DNA of 64,000 bases, from NCBI GenBank assembly GCA_963719375.1, contig CAVRBY010000001.1, positions 186,322 through 250,321 on the forward strand. The letters run 5' to 3'. Positions 18,585-28,103 of the stretch are shown piece after piece. The notes below the pieces were generated by a model. It searched no databases. It saw only the letters and a list, made by a program, of their open reading frames with translations, and was not told where the DNA came from. Within the stretch, counting starts at the first letter, position 1, and every line of letters begins with the position of its first letter. Made by a program: the position numbers and the translations under genes. The stretch comes from an uncultured Actinomycetes bacterium. GTDB taxonomy: Bacteria; Actinomycetota; Thermoleophilia; Solirubrobacterales; Thermoleophilaceae.

Positions 18585-19331
18585 TCAGGCGACCCGCTCG
18601 AGGACGGCCGCGTCGATGTCGAAGTTCGCGTGCACTGCGTCGACGTCGTCCTGCTCCTCGAGTGCTTCGATCAGTCGCATCAGCGAGCGCGCATGGGTCT
18701 CGTCGACCTCGACCCGGTTCGTCGGGCGCATCGTGAGCTCGGCGGATTGGATCTCCACGCCGGCTGCCTCGAGGGCGTCACGGACGGCGGTCAAGTTTGC
18801 AGGCTCGGTGACGATCTCATAGATCCCCTCGTCGGCCACGACGTCCTCGGCGCCGGCGTCGATCGCGGCGATCAGGTCATCCTCCGAGTACCGCTCGGCG
18901 TCGATGACGAGCATCCCCTTCTTCTCGAACACCCAGGCCACCGAGCCGGGCTCGCCGAGATTGCCTCCCGCGCGCGAGAACATGTGCCGGACCTCGGAAC
19001 CTGTGCGATTGCGGTTGTCGGTCAGCGCCTCGACCAGGATCGCCACCCCGCCCGGGCCATAGCCTTCGTAGACGACGGACTCGATCGCCGCCGCGTCCGT
19101 GTCGGCACCGGTTCCCTTCGCGACGGCCCGCTCGATGTTGTCCTTCGGCATGCGCGCTTCCTTTGCCTTCTGGATCGCGTTGGCGAGGGCCGCGTTGCCG
19201 GTCGGGTCCCCCCCACCCTCGCGCGCGGCCACCTGGATCGCCCGCGCGAGCTTCGTGAAGTGCGCGCCGCGGCGCTGGTCGACGACGGCCTTCTTGTGCT
19301 TGATCGAGGCCCATTTGGAGTGACCGGACAT
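18585..19331 (-). CDS. yebC: YebC/PmpR-family DNA-binding transcriptional regulator
   Basis: MSGHSKWASIKHKKAVVDQRRG..; full-length 248 aa typical of the family. Confidence 0.95.
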   Translation of the reverse strand: MSGHSKWASIKHKKAVVDQRRGAHFTKLARAIQVAAREGGGDPTGNAALANAIQKAKEARMPKDNIERAVAKGTGADTDAAAIESVVYEGYGPGGVAILVEALTDNRNRTGSEVRHMFSRAGGNLGEPGSVAWVFEKKGMLVIDAERYSEDDLIAAIDAGAEDVVADEGIYEIVTEPANLTAVRDALEAAGVEIQSAELTMRPTNRVEVDETHARSLMRLIEALEEQDDVDAVHANFDIDAAVLERVA

Positions 19332-19385
19332 GGCCCTATTTTATCCGTGCGGCCCCGCGGCGCGACACGCCTGGCCACCGGTCGC

Positions 19386-21263
19386 TCAGCCGGTGAAGCG
19401 CGGCTTCGGCGCCGGCGGCGGCTTGAGCACCGCCATCCGCACGCCAACCGCTGAGCCGTTCGCGAGCAGCTTGCCGGCCTTGCGCGACTGGGTCACGATC
19501 ACCTTGCCGCGCCGCCGCGGATCGCTCGCCCTCCGGACGTGCCCGAGCTTGCAGTGGTTGCGCTTCAGCAGCGCTCGGGCCTGCTTGAGCGTCTTGTGCT
19601 TGAGCTTCGGGACCTTGCACCGCGCCGGCGCCGCCGGGACCAAGGCGACCTTCTGGTTGCCGAAGTCGAGGCCGGTAGCCGCCTGGCCGCCGGCGAGCGC
19701 GACGTTCGCGTACGCGCAGCCGCTCGGCGCCGTGCACTTGTAGGCGGTCTGGATCGCCTCGCGCACGGCGTAGGTCCCGGGCGTGACGTTCGCGATCGTG
19801 TACGAGCCGTCGCTCGCGCTGAGCGCGCTCGGCTCGCCGGCGTCGAGCTTGCCGTTCCCGTTCGTGTCGACGTAGACGGTGAAGCCCCCGAGACCGCCCT
19901 CTCCGGTGTCGCGCTTGGCGTTGCCGTTGGCGTCGTTGTAGACGGTGCCGGACGCAGTGGCCGGGGCGGCCTTCTGACCGGCCTTAGTCAGCGCGAGGAT
20001 CGAGAATGCTGTCGCCCCTACCGTGCTTCCGTCGTCGCGCAGGTCGGCCGGCCAGGAGCCGTCGGCCACCTGTTGCGACAGCAGCAGGTCGACGACCTTC
20101 GCGTAGAAGTTCGTAGGGTCGGCGATGTTGGCGGCGACGTAGCTGCCGATGCCCTTGCTGATCGCGAACAGCGAGTAGTGATAGCCGCCCTCGCCGGTGT
20201 TCGCGACCCAGTCGCAACCCGAGGCGCCGACCTGACACGAGCCATCCTCACCAAATGGCGACGGCGGGTCGTGGAAGATCTCGACTCGTGACCCGCTCTG
20301 CGACTTTTCGTAGGTGTCGAGCACGTCGGTGTTGAACTTCAAGGAAGCCTGAACGCCGGCGTCCCCGGCGGCCACCCCATCGTAGGCGAACTCGAACAGG
20401 TCCGAGCCCGACCCGTTCGCGCTCGACCGGAAGCCGCAGCAGGTCTCACCCGGGTCGTACGATCCGCCGCCGTCGTTGAAAGTCGCATAGGGGTTGGACT
20501 TCAACTCCTGGATGGCTCGCGCCCATCCCAGGTTGGCCGTCGCCGTCGCCGCCGGGACGCCGCCGCTGAAGTCGAGCCCGGACACGCCGAACCCGGTGTT
20601 AGAGCCGTCACCGCCGCCTCCGTTGCTGGACTGGGGGTGGTAGGTCCAAGAGCCGCAGTTGCCATAGTCGCTGCCACTCGGCGCGGTGCACGAGCTGCTC
20701 GAATTGCCGGTTGTGGCCGGCGGAGCGTTCTGCCAGTGGATCTCGAAGGTGCGGCCGAGGCTGATCGCGTTCGCCGCGTTCGGCTCGCTGCTGAAGAAGC
20801 TGAGCGCGATCAGAGCGATGCTGGTCGCGTAGTTGCTGTCGGATTCGGTGTGCGACACGCCCCAAGAGCCCTTGGTATCCGTCGCGCTCGTGTCCTGCTG
20901 CTTGATAAGCCACTGGACGGCGTTCTTCGCATCCGCGAGCTGGCCCGCCGTTACGTTGCTCGGGTCGAGGGTGAGCGCGGCTCCGATTGCTGCAATGGCA
21001 AAGCCGGTGTCGGTCACGTCACCGGAGTAGTCACATGACGACGTGCACCAGTGGATGTTGCTCGGGTCCGACTTGTCGGCGACCGAGTCGAGGTAGCCAA
21101 CACCCTTGGCGACCCCTGCGTTCACGTCCGCCTGCGTCCACTGACCGACGCTCTTCGCCGAAGCGGTTCCGGCGGTGAGGGCTGCGAGCGCTGCGATCGC
21201 AGCGACGGCGGCTACGACGAACGCACGGGCCACGCGCGCGTTGCTCACGTACGGGAAGGGCAT
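19386..21263 (-). CDS. Secreted multidomain protein: prenyltransferase/squalene-oxidase-repeat-like toroid, SdrD-B-like domain and C-terminal PASTA domain
   Basis: Signal peptide (AAIAALAALTAGTASA). Q..(D)GSW repeats (LIKQQDTS..GSWG; LLLSQQVADGSWP). VYNDANGNAKRD..VYVDTNGNGKLDAGEP..SYTIANVTPGTYAV. PASTA-like VPKLKHKTLKQARALLKRNHCKLGHV..GKVIVTQSRKAGKLLANGSAVGV. Confidence 0.65.
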   Translation of the reverse strand: MPFPYVSNARVARAFVVAAVAAIAALAALTAGTASAKSVGQWTQADVNAGVAKGVGYLDSVADKSDPSNIHWCTSSCDYSGDVTDTGFAIAAIGAALTLDPSNVTAGQLADAKNAVQWLIKQQDTSATDTKGSWGVSHTESDSNYATSIALIALSFFSSEPNAANAISLGRTFEIHWQNAPPATTGNSSSSCTAPSGSDYGNCGSWTYHPQSSNGGGGDGSNTGFGVSGLDFSGGVPAATATANLGWARAIQELKSNPYATFNDGGGSYDPGETCCGFRSSANGSGSDLFEFAYDGVAAGDAGVQASLKFNTDVLDTYEKSQSGSRVEIFHDPPSPFGEDGSCQVGASGCDWVANTGEGGYHYSLFAISKGIGSYVAANIADPTNFYAKVVDLLLSQQVADGSWPADLRDDGSTVGATAFSILALTKAGQKAAPATASGTVYNDANGNAKRDTGEGGLGGFTVYVDTNGNGKLDAGEPSALSASDGSYTIANVTPGTYAVREAIQTAYKCTAPSGCAYANVALAGGQAATGLDFGNQKVALVPAAPARCKVPKLKHKTLKQARALLKRNHCKLGHVRRASDPRRRGKVIVTQSRKAGKLLANGSAVGVRMAVLKPPPAPKPRFTG

Positions 21264-21348
21264 GTGTACTCCTCGGTTCGCGCTCGATCGAAAGCGATGT
21301 GTTGCTTCATGAGCATCCTCTTATGACCCTAAGTTCAAGCGACGGCCG

Positions 21349-22110
21349 TTGTCAATGGGCGGGCTTGCGGAGAGAACCGGAACTCACTTACCCTCGGTGC
21401 TAATCGTCAAGGAGGAATCGCTGAGACGGGACTGGTGGCGAAGGAGCCTTCCGCGACCGACGCTCGCCGGCGTCGTCGCGTTGCTCGCCCTCTGCGTGGC
21501 GCTCGGGAACACCTCGCTAGCCGCGCCCCTGACGAGCTCGGGCGCGAGCGTGGCGAGACAGCTCGCCAGGGCGCTGACCCTGTCGCGGCATGCCAGTGCG
21601 ACCTCGAAGAGGGCGCTCTCCATGGCGAGACAGGCCGATGCGACCGCGGTCAAGGCACTCCACTCGTCCGGATCGGCCGGCCCGACCGGGCCGCCCGGTC
21701 CCGCCGGGTCGCCGGGGCGGCCCGGCGCGAACGGGACCGCGATCGGCTATGCGACGGTCGAGTGGTGCGCGGGCGGCTGCCCCGATCAGCCGAGCGCGGG
21801 CTGGTACACGCCGGACGAGGGGGCCCTCGGAGTCGACAACACCGCGAACTTCAGACACGCCGCGACCGGCGTCTTCTGCCTCCACGACCTGCCCTTCCAC
21901 GTCCATAACCTGGTCGCGAACCTCGGCCCGAGCACGGACACGCCGACGGCCCACAACAACTACCTGGTCCAAACGCAGATTGGGACAGGCGGCACCTCAT
22001 GCCCGACGGGCGGGAGCGCCGACCAGAACGTGGTCGTCGAGGTTCGCGACCAGACCGGGACGCTAACGGACCCCGACGCTTCGGCGAAGATCCTTGCGCT
22101 CTTGAACTGA
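21349..22110 (+). CDS. Membrane-anchored or secreted hypothetical protein with a short collagen-like G-X-Y run
   Basis: GPTGPPGPAGSPGRPGANG. Hydrophobic anchor LAGVVALLALCVALG. The ORF-track start is TTG 21349, but AAGGAGG (21409-21415) sits 5 nt before in-frame CTG 21421, and GTG 21397 is also in frame. Confidence 0.6.
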   Translation: MSMGGLAERTGTHLPSVLIVKEESLRRDWWRRSLPRPTLAGVVALLALCVALGNTSLAAPLTSSGASVARQLARALTLSRHASATSKRALSMARQADATAVKALHSSGSAGPTGPPGPAGSPGRPGANGTAIGYATVEWCAGGCPDQPSAGWYTPDEGALGVDNTANFRHAATGVFCLHDLPFHVHNLVANLGPSTDTPTAHNNYLVQTQIGTGGTSCPTGGSADQNVVVEVRDQTGTLTDPDASAKILALLN

Positions 22111-22115
22111 GCGCG

Positions 22116-22328
22116 TCAGTGCGAGGCCGCGCCGCGCCGCGCAAGCAGCCCGAAGCGCGGTCCGCGGCGTCGCGGCCGCGGCTGATAGCGCCAGGCGAAC
22201 AGCCAGAGGTCGGTTCGCTGCGCCTCGGTCAGGCCGCGCGTGCCGCGCACGATCGTCTCGAGCTCGTCGAGCGTGGCGCCGCGCTCGATCCGCTCGCGCA
22301 GCTTGTTGCGTATCCCCTCGACGACCAT
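22116..22328 (-). CDS. Small hypothetical protein (70 aa)
   Basis: ATG 22328 is preceded by GGGAGG with roughly 5-nt spacing. No family recognised. Confidence 0.45.
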   Translation of the reverse strand: MVVEGIRNKLRERIERGATLDELETIVRGTRGLTEAQRTDLWLFAWRYQPRPRRRGPRFGLLARRGAASH

Positions 22329-22416
22329 TCTGACCTCCCTCAGCCGGCCGGACGTCTAGAGACAATTGATACCCAGCATCGGGCAACGGTCAAACGGCAG
22401 GGTCGACGAGACCGAT

Positions 22417-23520
22417 CTAAACCGAGAACCGCCCGTCGCGCTGCAGCTCCTCGCCGTCGACGGTGATCGTCCCGCCCATCCTCATGTCGAGCACCATGTC
22501 CCAGTGGACGGCCGACTCGTTGACTCCACCGGACTCCGGGTAGCTCGCGCCGACAGCCATGTGGACGGTGCCGCCGATCTTCTCGTCGAGCAGGATCTCC
22601 TTGGTGGCGGTCGCAATCCCGTAGTTGGTGCCGATCCCGAGCTCGCCGAGGCGACGCGCGCCGTCGTCGGTGTCGAGCATCTCGACGAGGAAATCCTCGC
22701 CGCGCTCGGCCGAGGCGTCGACGACCTTGCCGGAGTCGAACCGGAGCTTGACGCCCGAGACCTCGCGTCCGGCGTAGACCGCGGGGAACGAAAACGTGAC
22801 CTCGCCATCGACGGAGTCCTCGACCGGGCCGGTGAAGAACTCGCCGTCCGGCATGTTGTGCTCGCCGACGCAGGGGATGAACTTCCGTCCCTCGATCCCG
22901 AGCCGGAGGTCCGTCCCGGGCGCCTGCAGGCGGATCTCGCGCTTGCCCTCGGTCCACTCCGCGAGCCGGCGGACCTCGTCCGATTGTCGCTGCCACGCCG
23001 TCAGCGGATCGCTGTCGCCGACCAGGCAGGCGTCGTAGAAGAATTGCTCGTACTGCGTCAGCGACATGCCTGCCTCGGAGGCGTAGGCGGCGGTCGGGTA
23101 GAGGGTGAGCGACCAGCGGTGCTCGCCCGCGGCGGTGCGGCGCATGTACGCGTCGAGCAACGACTTGCGCGCCTTCTGCGCACGAGCCTGCTTCTTCGGA
23201 TCCGCCTGTGAGAGCGCGCGCGTGTTGGCCTCGGCCATCACGGCGATGCGAACGTCGGACTCCTCCGCCGCCCACCGGGCGGGCTCGGCGATGTAGTCAA
23301 GCTGCGCGTCGGAGGCGAGCTCGAAGAAGGCGGACTGGCCCTCCTCGAGGGAGATCTGGAGCACCGGCAGGCCGCCCGCGCGCAACACCTCCTCATAGAT
23401 CGACTGGACGAGCGGCTCGGCGGTCGTCGTCGACTGGATGACGCAGACGTCGCCCTCCGTCACGCGCGTCGAGTAGCGGACCAGGATCTGCGCTAGTGCT
23501 TCGGCTCTGTGGTCTCTCAA
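22417..23520 (-). CDS. Aminopeptidase, M29 (PepS/AmpS) family
   Basis: Full-length 367 aa with family-like motifs (GEHNMPDGEFFTGP, GGTVHMAVGASYPESGG, AVHWDMV). Confidence 0.85.
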   Translation of the reverse strand: MRDHRAEALAQILVRYSTRVTEGDVCVIQSTTTAEPLVQSIYEEVLRAGGLPVLQISLEEGQSAFFELASDAQLDYIAEPARWAAEESDVRIAVMAEANTRALSQADPKKQARAQKARKSLLDAYMRRTAAGEHRWSLTLYPTAAYASEAGMSLTQYEQFFYDACLVGDSDPLTAWQRQSDEVRRLAEWTEGKREIRLQAPGTDLRLGIEGRKFIPCVGEHNMPDGEFFTGPVEDSVDGEVTFSFPAVYAGREVSGVKLRFDSGKVVDASAERGEDFLVEMLDTDDGARRLGELGIGTNYGIATATKEILLDEKIGGTVHMAVGASYPESGGVNESAVHWDMVLDMRMGGTITVDGEELQRDGRFSV

Positions 23521-23523
23521 GGT

Positions 23524-24129
23524 CTAGCCTCCCGTGCTTTGCGTTCCAGCCAACCGTCGATCGCGGCGAGCGCGGGCGCGCTCCACGAGCCACCCGTGGA
23601 CGCGAAGGTCACCCGTCAGCTCGGGGTGAAACGCGACGGCGAGGATGTCGCCCTGCTGCACCGCGACGGGGTGCCCTTCGTGCTCGGCGAGCACTTCGAC
23701 GTCTGCGCCGGCGGCCTCTACCCACGGGGCGCGGATGAAGACGGCGCGTAGCGGCTGATCGCCGAGCGCCGGTATCCGAAGGTCGGCCTCGAAGCTCTGC
23801 AGCTGCCGCCCGAACGCGTTTCGGCGCGACTCGACGTCCATCACGGCGAGGTGATCGCGGTCGAGCATGATCAGCCCCGCACAGGTGCCGAGCACCGGCG
23901 TGCCGTTCGCGACGAGCTCGGCGAGCGGACCGGCAAGGCCCTCGCGCTCGATCCCGAGCGTCATCGTGGTCGACTCGCCGCCGGGGATCACGAGAGCGTC
24001 GAGTCCCGCGAGGTCGTCGGGGACGCGGACGATCCGCGGCTCGGCGCCGAGCGCGCGCAGGGCGCCGGCGTGCGCCTCGAAATCGCCCTGAATCGCCAGG
24101 ACGCCGACGGTCGCCGGCGGATCGATCAC
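23524..24129 (-). CDS. pdxT: Pyridoxal 5'-phosphate synthase glutaminase subunit PdxT
   Basis: VGVLAIQGDFEAH, LVIPGGESTT, LGTCAGLIML. It lies directly downstream of pdxS. Confidence 0.94.
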   Translation of the reverse strand: MIDPPATVGVLAIQGDFEAHAGALRALGAEPRIVRVPDDLAGLDALVIPGGESTTMTLGIEREGLAGPLAELVANGTPVLGTCAGLIMLDRDHLAVMDVESRRNAFGRQLQSFEADLRIPALGDQPLRAVFIRAPWVEAAGADVEVLAEHEGHPVAVQQGDILAVAFHPELTGDLRVHGWLVERARARRDRRLAGTQSTGG

Positions 24130-24187
24130 CCACGCACCCCCGCCAACCCCTTGGGGAGTGACGGAAACGACGGCATACGCCGCCCGG

Positions 24188-25096
24188 CTACCAACCCCGG
24201 TGCTGAATCAGGCCGTCCTCGCCGAGCGAGGAGATCTCGATGCCCGACATCGGCGCGCCGAGGCCGCGCGAGGCGCCGGCGACGCGCGCCGGGTCGTCGA
24301 AGTGGGTGGTCGCCTCGACGATCGCGGCCGCTGTGCGCTCCGGGTCCTCGGACTTGAATATCCCCGAGCCGACGAAGACTCCCTCGGCGCCGAGGGACAT
24401 CATCAAGGCCGCGTCGGCGGGGGTGGCGATGCCGCCGGCCGAGAAGTTCACGACGGGCAGGCGGCGCTCGGCGGCGACGGAGCGAACGAGCTCGAGCGGC
24501 GCGGCGTGCTGCTTCGCGGCGGTCGCGAGCTCCGAGTCGTCGAGCACGCTCAGGCGCCTGATGTCGCCCTGGATCGTCCGCATGTGGCGGACGGCCTCGA
24601 CGACGTTTCCGGTGCCTGCCTCGCCCTTTGTGCGAATCATCGCGGCGCCCTCGGCGATCCGCCGGAGCGCCTCGCCGAGGTTCGTGGCGCCGCAGACGAA
24701 GGGCACCTCGAAGCGCCACTTGTCGATGTGGTTCGCCTCGTCGGCGGGCGTCAGAACCTCGGACTCGTCGATGTAGTCGACCTCGAGCGCCTCGAGAACC
24801 TGGGCTTCGGCGAAATGCCCGATGCGTGCCTTGGCCATCACCGGGATGGTGACCGCGCCCTGGATCTCTTCGATCTTCGTCGGATCGGCCATGCGTGCGA
24901 CGCCGCCGGCCGCGCGTATGTCGGCGGGCACCCGCTCGAGCGCCATGACCGCGGCGGCGCCCGTAGCCTCGGCGATGCGGGCCTGGTCGGCGGTGACGAC
25001 GTCCATGATCACCCCGCCCTTGAGCATCTCGGCGAGACCCGACTTGACGCGGAAGGTGCCCGTCTCTCTCACGCCTCGTAAGTCTATCTGGCGCAA
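24188..25096 (-). CDS. pdxS: Pyridoxal 5'-phosphate synthase lyase subunit PdxS
   Basis: [14 protein letters not shown].., [36 protein letters not shown]. Confidence 0.96.
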   Translation of the reverse strand: MRQIDLRGVRETGTFRVKSGLAEMLKGGVIMDVVTADQARIAEATGAAAVMALERVPADIRAAGGVARMADPTKIEEIQGAVTIPVMAKARIGHFAEAQVLEALEVDYIDESEVLTPADEANHIDKWRFEVPFVCGATNLGEALRRIAEGAAMIRTKGEAGTGNVVEAVRHMRTIQGDIRRLSVLDDSELATAAKQHAAPLELVRSVAAERRLPVVNFSAGGIATPADAALMMSLGAEGVFVGSGIFKSEDPERTAAAIVEATTHFDDPARVAGASRGLGAPMSGIEISSLGEDGLIQHRGW

Positions 25097-25175
25097 CCCT
25101 CGCCCTACCCGGTGGTGACCCGCTGTCGAGCGGCGCCGGTTGCGCGGATAAACCGCTGCGAGTTCACTGATAAGT

Positions 25176-26222
25176 GTGATTTCGGCAAACCGGCCAGGCC
25201 CCGGAAGGCTGGACCGCGTCGGGGTGCTCGCGCTGATGGCCGACGCGAGCCTGCGCGCCGCGGAGCTCGACCTGCGCGGCTACGACCTGTCCCGTCTCAA
25301 CCTCGAGAAGCTGTGCTTTCGACGAGTCAGGTTCGGTACCCATCCACTCGAGAGCGGCGGTCCGGACCCCGCCGCGCTCGCTTACACCCGCTTCCGCCAG
25401 GCGACCTTCGTCAACTGCGACTTCAGCAACGCCGACCTGACGGGCACCGACCTCCGCGGTTGCCGCCTCGAGCACTGCGACCTTCGCTTCGTCCGCTTCC
25501 GCCGCACCCAGCTCGGCGACGCCACCTTCTCGGACTGCGACTGCTACCGGGCCACTTTCGCCGAGACGACGATCATGTCGAAGCTGCGGCTCGAGCGCGT
25601 CAGCCTCGACAGCGCGAACCTCGACGGAGCGCTCGGTCTCGAATGGGGCCAGTTCGCCGAGTGCGGCGCGAGCGCCGCGCTCGTGCAGGAGAGCGGCGCG
25701 GACCGCTACCGCAGCTTCCTCGAGCGGACCCGGCGCGAGCGGCTTGACTCCTTCTCGGTCGAGCAGGCCATCGAGTGCCGCCTCGCCGACGCTGCCCGCG
25801 TTCACCGCCACCTTTCGGGCATGTGGACGACGCGGGGCCAGTACGGCTACGCGGGCTCCGCCTACGCGCGCAGCCGCCGCCTCGAGTGCGCCGCGACCCG
25901 GTCCCCGACCCGCAAGCTGTGGCTCTGGTCGGCCCGCCTGCTCTGCGGTTTCGGCGTCGCCCTCTGGCCGGTCATCTTCTGGCTCGCCGTCGTCGCCCTC
26001 CTTCCCGGCTTTCTCTACGCGATCTTCGGCGGGGTGAGCGGTGCCCACGACCTGATGGACCACCTGCTCTTCAGCGCATCGAGCCTGACCGCCTCGACGC
26101 CCGCACGGCTCTCGACGGCCAGCTCGCTCGTGGAGTGGGTTCGGGTTGCACAGACGTTCGCCGGCGTGGCGCTCCTCGGCCTGTTCGGCTTCGTGCTCGC
26201 GAACAAGATCCGCAACTCCTGA
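25176..26222 (+). CDS. Pentapeptide-repeat protein with a C-terminal two-helix membrane domain
   Basis: A(D/N)LxG-type pentapeptide runs ([26 protein letters not shown]..) followed by hydrophobic helices ([24 protein letters not shown]; [15 protein letters not shown]). An alternative start is ATG 25236. Confidence 0.7.
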   Translation: MISANRPGPGRLDRVGVLALMADASLRAAELDLRGYDLSRLNLEKLCFRRVRFGTHPLESGGPDPAALAYTRFRQATFVNCDFSNADLTGTDLRGCRLEHCDLRFVRFRRTQLGDATFSDCDCYRATFAETTIMSKLRLERVSLDSANLDGALGLEWGQFAECGASAALVQESGADRYRSFLERTRRERLDSFSVEQAIECRLADAARVHRHLSGMWTTRGQYGYAGSAYARSRRLECAATRSPTRKLWLWSARLLCGFGVALWPVIFWLAVVALLPGFLYAIFGGVSGAHDLMDHLLFSASSLTASTPARLSTASSLVEWVRVAQTFAGVALLGLFGFVLANKIRNS

Positions 26223-26223
26223 G

Positions 26224-26949
26224 CTATGGCGAGGCGGGCGACCCGTCAACCACCCAGCACGTCAGCTTCTCGACGAGAGCCTCGACGTCGCTCACGACCG
26301 CGCGCGCTCCGCGCAGGTCCGCCGCTCCGAACCGCGCCGACGAGAAGGCGATCGAGGCGACGCCGTCCGCCAGCGCACCCGCGACGTCGCGGGGCGTGTC
26401 GCCGACGACGACCGTGCGCTCGGAAGGCCACGGCTCGCCGCCTGCTTCGGCGCGAGCGCGGGCGAGCGGCACGAGCCGCGAGCGTGACTCCTCATCCGAG
26501 CCGTACGCCCCCGCCTCGAGCTCGAGTCGGCGCGCGACTCCGATCAACTTGACCTTCGTCGCGGCGATCGCGCTGAGGTTGCCCGTCACCAGGGTCAGCC
26601 GCATGCCGCACGTCGCGAGCCGGTCGAGCGCGTCCGCGAGCCCGGCGCGCACGACCCATCGATCCGAGGAAGAGGCGGCCTCACGCTCGAAAGCCTCCCC
26701 CGCCCTCCTCATCCACTCGTGGCGTCGCGCGTCGATGTCGCGATCGGCGACCCCCGCCCCGTGCAGCACCTCGCGCAGGATGCGCCGGTCGGTCTTGCCC
26801 CAGGGCTCGGTTATCCGCACGGCGTCGTCGGGCAGCTCGAGGCCCCAGGCCGTGCGCATCGCCGCGAGCATCGCTCGTTCGTGCGCACCCGCGTCATCGA
26901 GCAGCAGCGTGCCGTCGATGTCGAACAGTACGAGCAGCGGCCGGGACAC
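26224..26949 (-). CDS. HAD-superfamily hydrolase (phosphatase-like)
   Basis: DxDGT motif (LVLFDIDGTLL), LVTGN, VVVGDTPRD. GTG 26949 places the nucleophile Asp at residue 9. The longer ORF to 27018 reads through the repeat element. Confidence 0.8.
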   Translation of the reverse strand: MSRPLLVLFDIDGTLLLDDAGAHERAMLAAMRTAWGLELPDDAVRITEPWGKTDRRILREVLHGAGVADRDIDARRHEWMRRAGEAFEREAASSSDRWVVRAGLADALDRLATCGMRLTLVTGNLSAIAATKVKLIGVARRLELEAGAYGSDEESRSRLVPLARARAEAGGEPWPSERTVVVGDTPRDVAGALADGVASIAFSSARFGAADLRGARAVVSDVEALVEKLTCWVVDGSPASP

Positions 26950-26960
26950 CGCGGGCCACA

Positions 26961-27139
26961 CTAGATGATTGATTCCGCGAAACGCCGGGGAGGGGTCAAG
27001 CGCTGATCTCCGAATCAATCATCTCGGCGATCAGGCTCCTCGACCTGAGCCGTATGGCGCGGCAATAGCGGCTGACAGAGATGATTGATCCACGCCACGA
27101 CCGTTCCTTCCGGACCCAGCCGTGGAATCAATCATCTAG
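26961..27139. repeat. AT-rich inverted-repeat element: four copies of AGATGATTGAT in alternating orientation; MITE-like or structured leader
   Basis: Core copies at 26963-26973 (+), 27014-27024 (-), 27079-27089 (+) and 27127-27137 (-). The outer 16-mers CTAGATGATTGATTCC and GGAATCAATCATCTAG are perfect inverted repeats. Confidence 0.8.
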
Positions 27140-27180
27140 ACGCCTTGGCGTCTCGAGGCGCCTACCGCCCCTGGCGGCGT

Positions 27181-28035
27181 CTACTTCAGCCGGAAGGCCT
27201 TGATCCGGTCGGAATAGGCAGACTCGTCGAGCGCGTAGACGCCGTAGGCGAGCGCCTGGATCAGCCCGAGCAGCGCCGTATGGGAGCGGACGTAGGCGGG
27301 ACTGTTCGAGGAGTAGTAGAGCCGCTGGTCGGCGAGCTTTGAGACCTCGGACAGGGTCGCGTCGGCGATCGCGATCGTCGCCGCCCGGCGGTGGCGGGCG
27401 AGCTTCATCGCCCGCACGACGAGCGGATGCGGGCGGCCGGCCGAGAAGCCCACGACGAGCGTGTGCTCGTCGATCCGGCCGAGCCGAGCGAGCCCCTCCT
27501 GGCTCGGGCTCGCAACAACCTCGCAGCGCAGGTCGAGCAGCATCAGCAGGTGCCGCAGGTAGCTCGCGAAGAAGGCCATCTGGTCGGTCCCGCAGAGGAG
27601 GGTGCGCTCCGACCGGGAGATCTGCTCGATCGCCGCGGCAACCTCGTCGCGATCGACCTTGCGCGCGGTCTCCTCGACGTTCACGTGGTCGGCCGCGAGG
27701 GCCGCCTCGAACTCCGTCTGGTCGATCGGGAAGAGCGGCTTCGTCGACAGCGGCTCTGCCTCCGGCGCTCCGCTCGCGTGGGCTCGACGGTACTCGTCGC
27801 GCGCCGAGGCCTGGAGCTCCGGAAAGCCCTCGAACCCGAGTGCCTGAGCGAAGCGCACGACGGTCGAGCTCGAGGTGTTCGCCCGCCTCGCGAGCTCCTC
27901 CGCGGTGTGGAAGGCCGCCTCGTCGAGATGGTCGACGATGTACTGGCCGACATCCTTCTGAGAACGGGAGAAGCGCTCGAACCGCTGCCGGATCTCGGCC
28001 GAGAGGGTGAGCGCTGAGACGGTCGTCCGGGGCAC
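27181..28035 (-). CDS. RpiR-family transcriptional regulator (HTH_6 plus SIS domain)
   Basis: TAEELARRANTSSSTVVRFAQALGFEGF, followed by a SIS-like region (LLCGTDQMAFFASYLRHLL..VVGFSAGRPHP). Confidence 0.88.
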   Translation of the reverse strand: MPRTTVSALTLSAEIRQRFERFSRSQKDVGQYIVDHLDEAAFHTAEELARRANTSSSTVVRFAQALGFEGFPELQASARDEYRRAHASGAPEAEPLSTKPLFPIDQTEFEAALAADHVNVEETARKVDRDEVAAAIEQISRSERTLLCGTDQMAFFASYLRHLLMLLDLRCEVVASPSQEGLARLGRIDEHTLVVGFSAGRPHPLVVRAMKLARHRRAATIAIADATLSEVSKLADQRLYYSSNSPAYVRSHTALLGLIQALAYGVYALDESAYSDRIKAFRLK

Positions 28036-28103
28036 GGCCGAATGTTTCGCCCGGACGCGCTCAGTTCCTTCCGAGCGGCCGTCCGTCCGCCGCTTCTGAC
28101 AAG

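Noticed and set aside
26965-27342. The peptide RGINHL appears in two ORFs (26224-27018 minus, 27085-27342 plus), hinting at a shared coding motif.
   Set aside because: It is simply the inverted-repeat core ATCAATCATCT translated on both strands. One ORF extension reads through the repeat element and the other lies antisense to rpiR.
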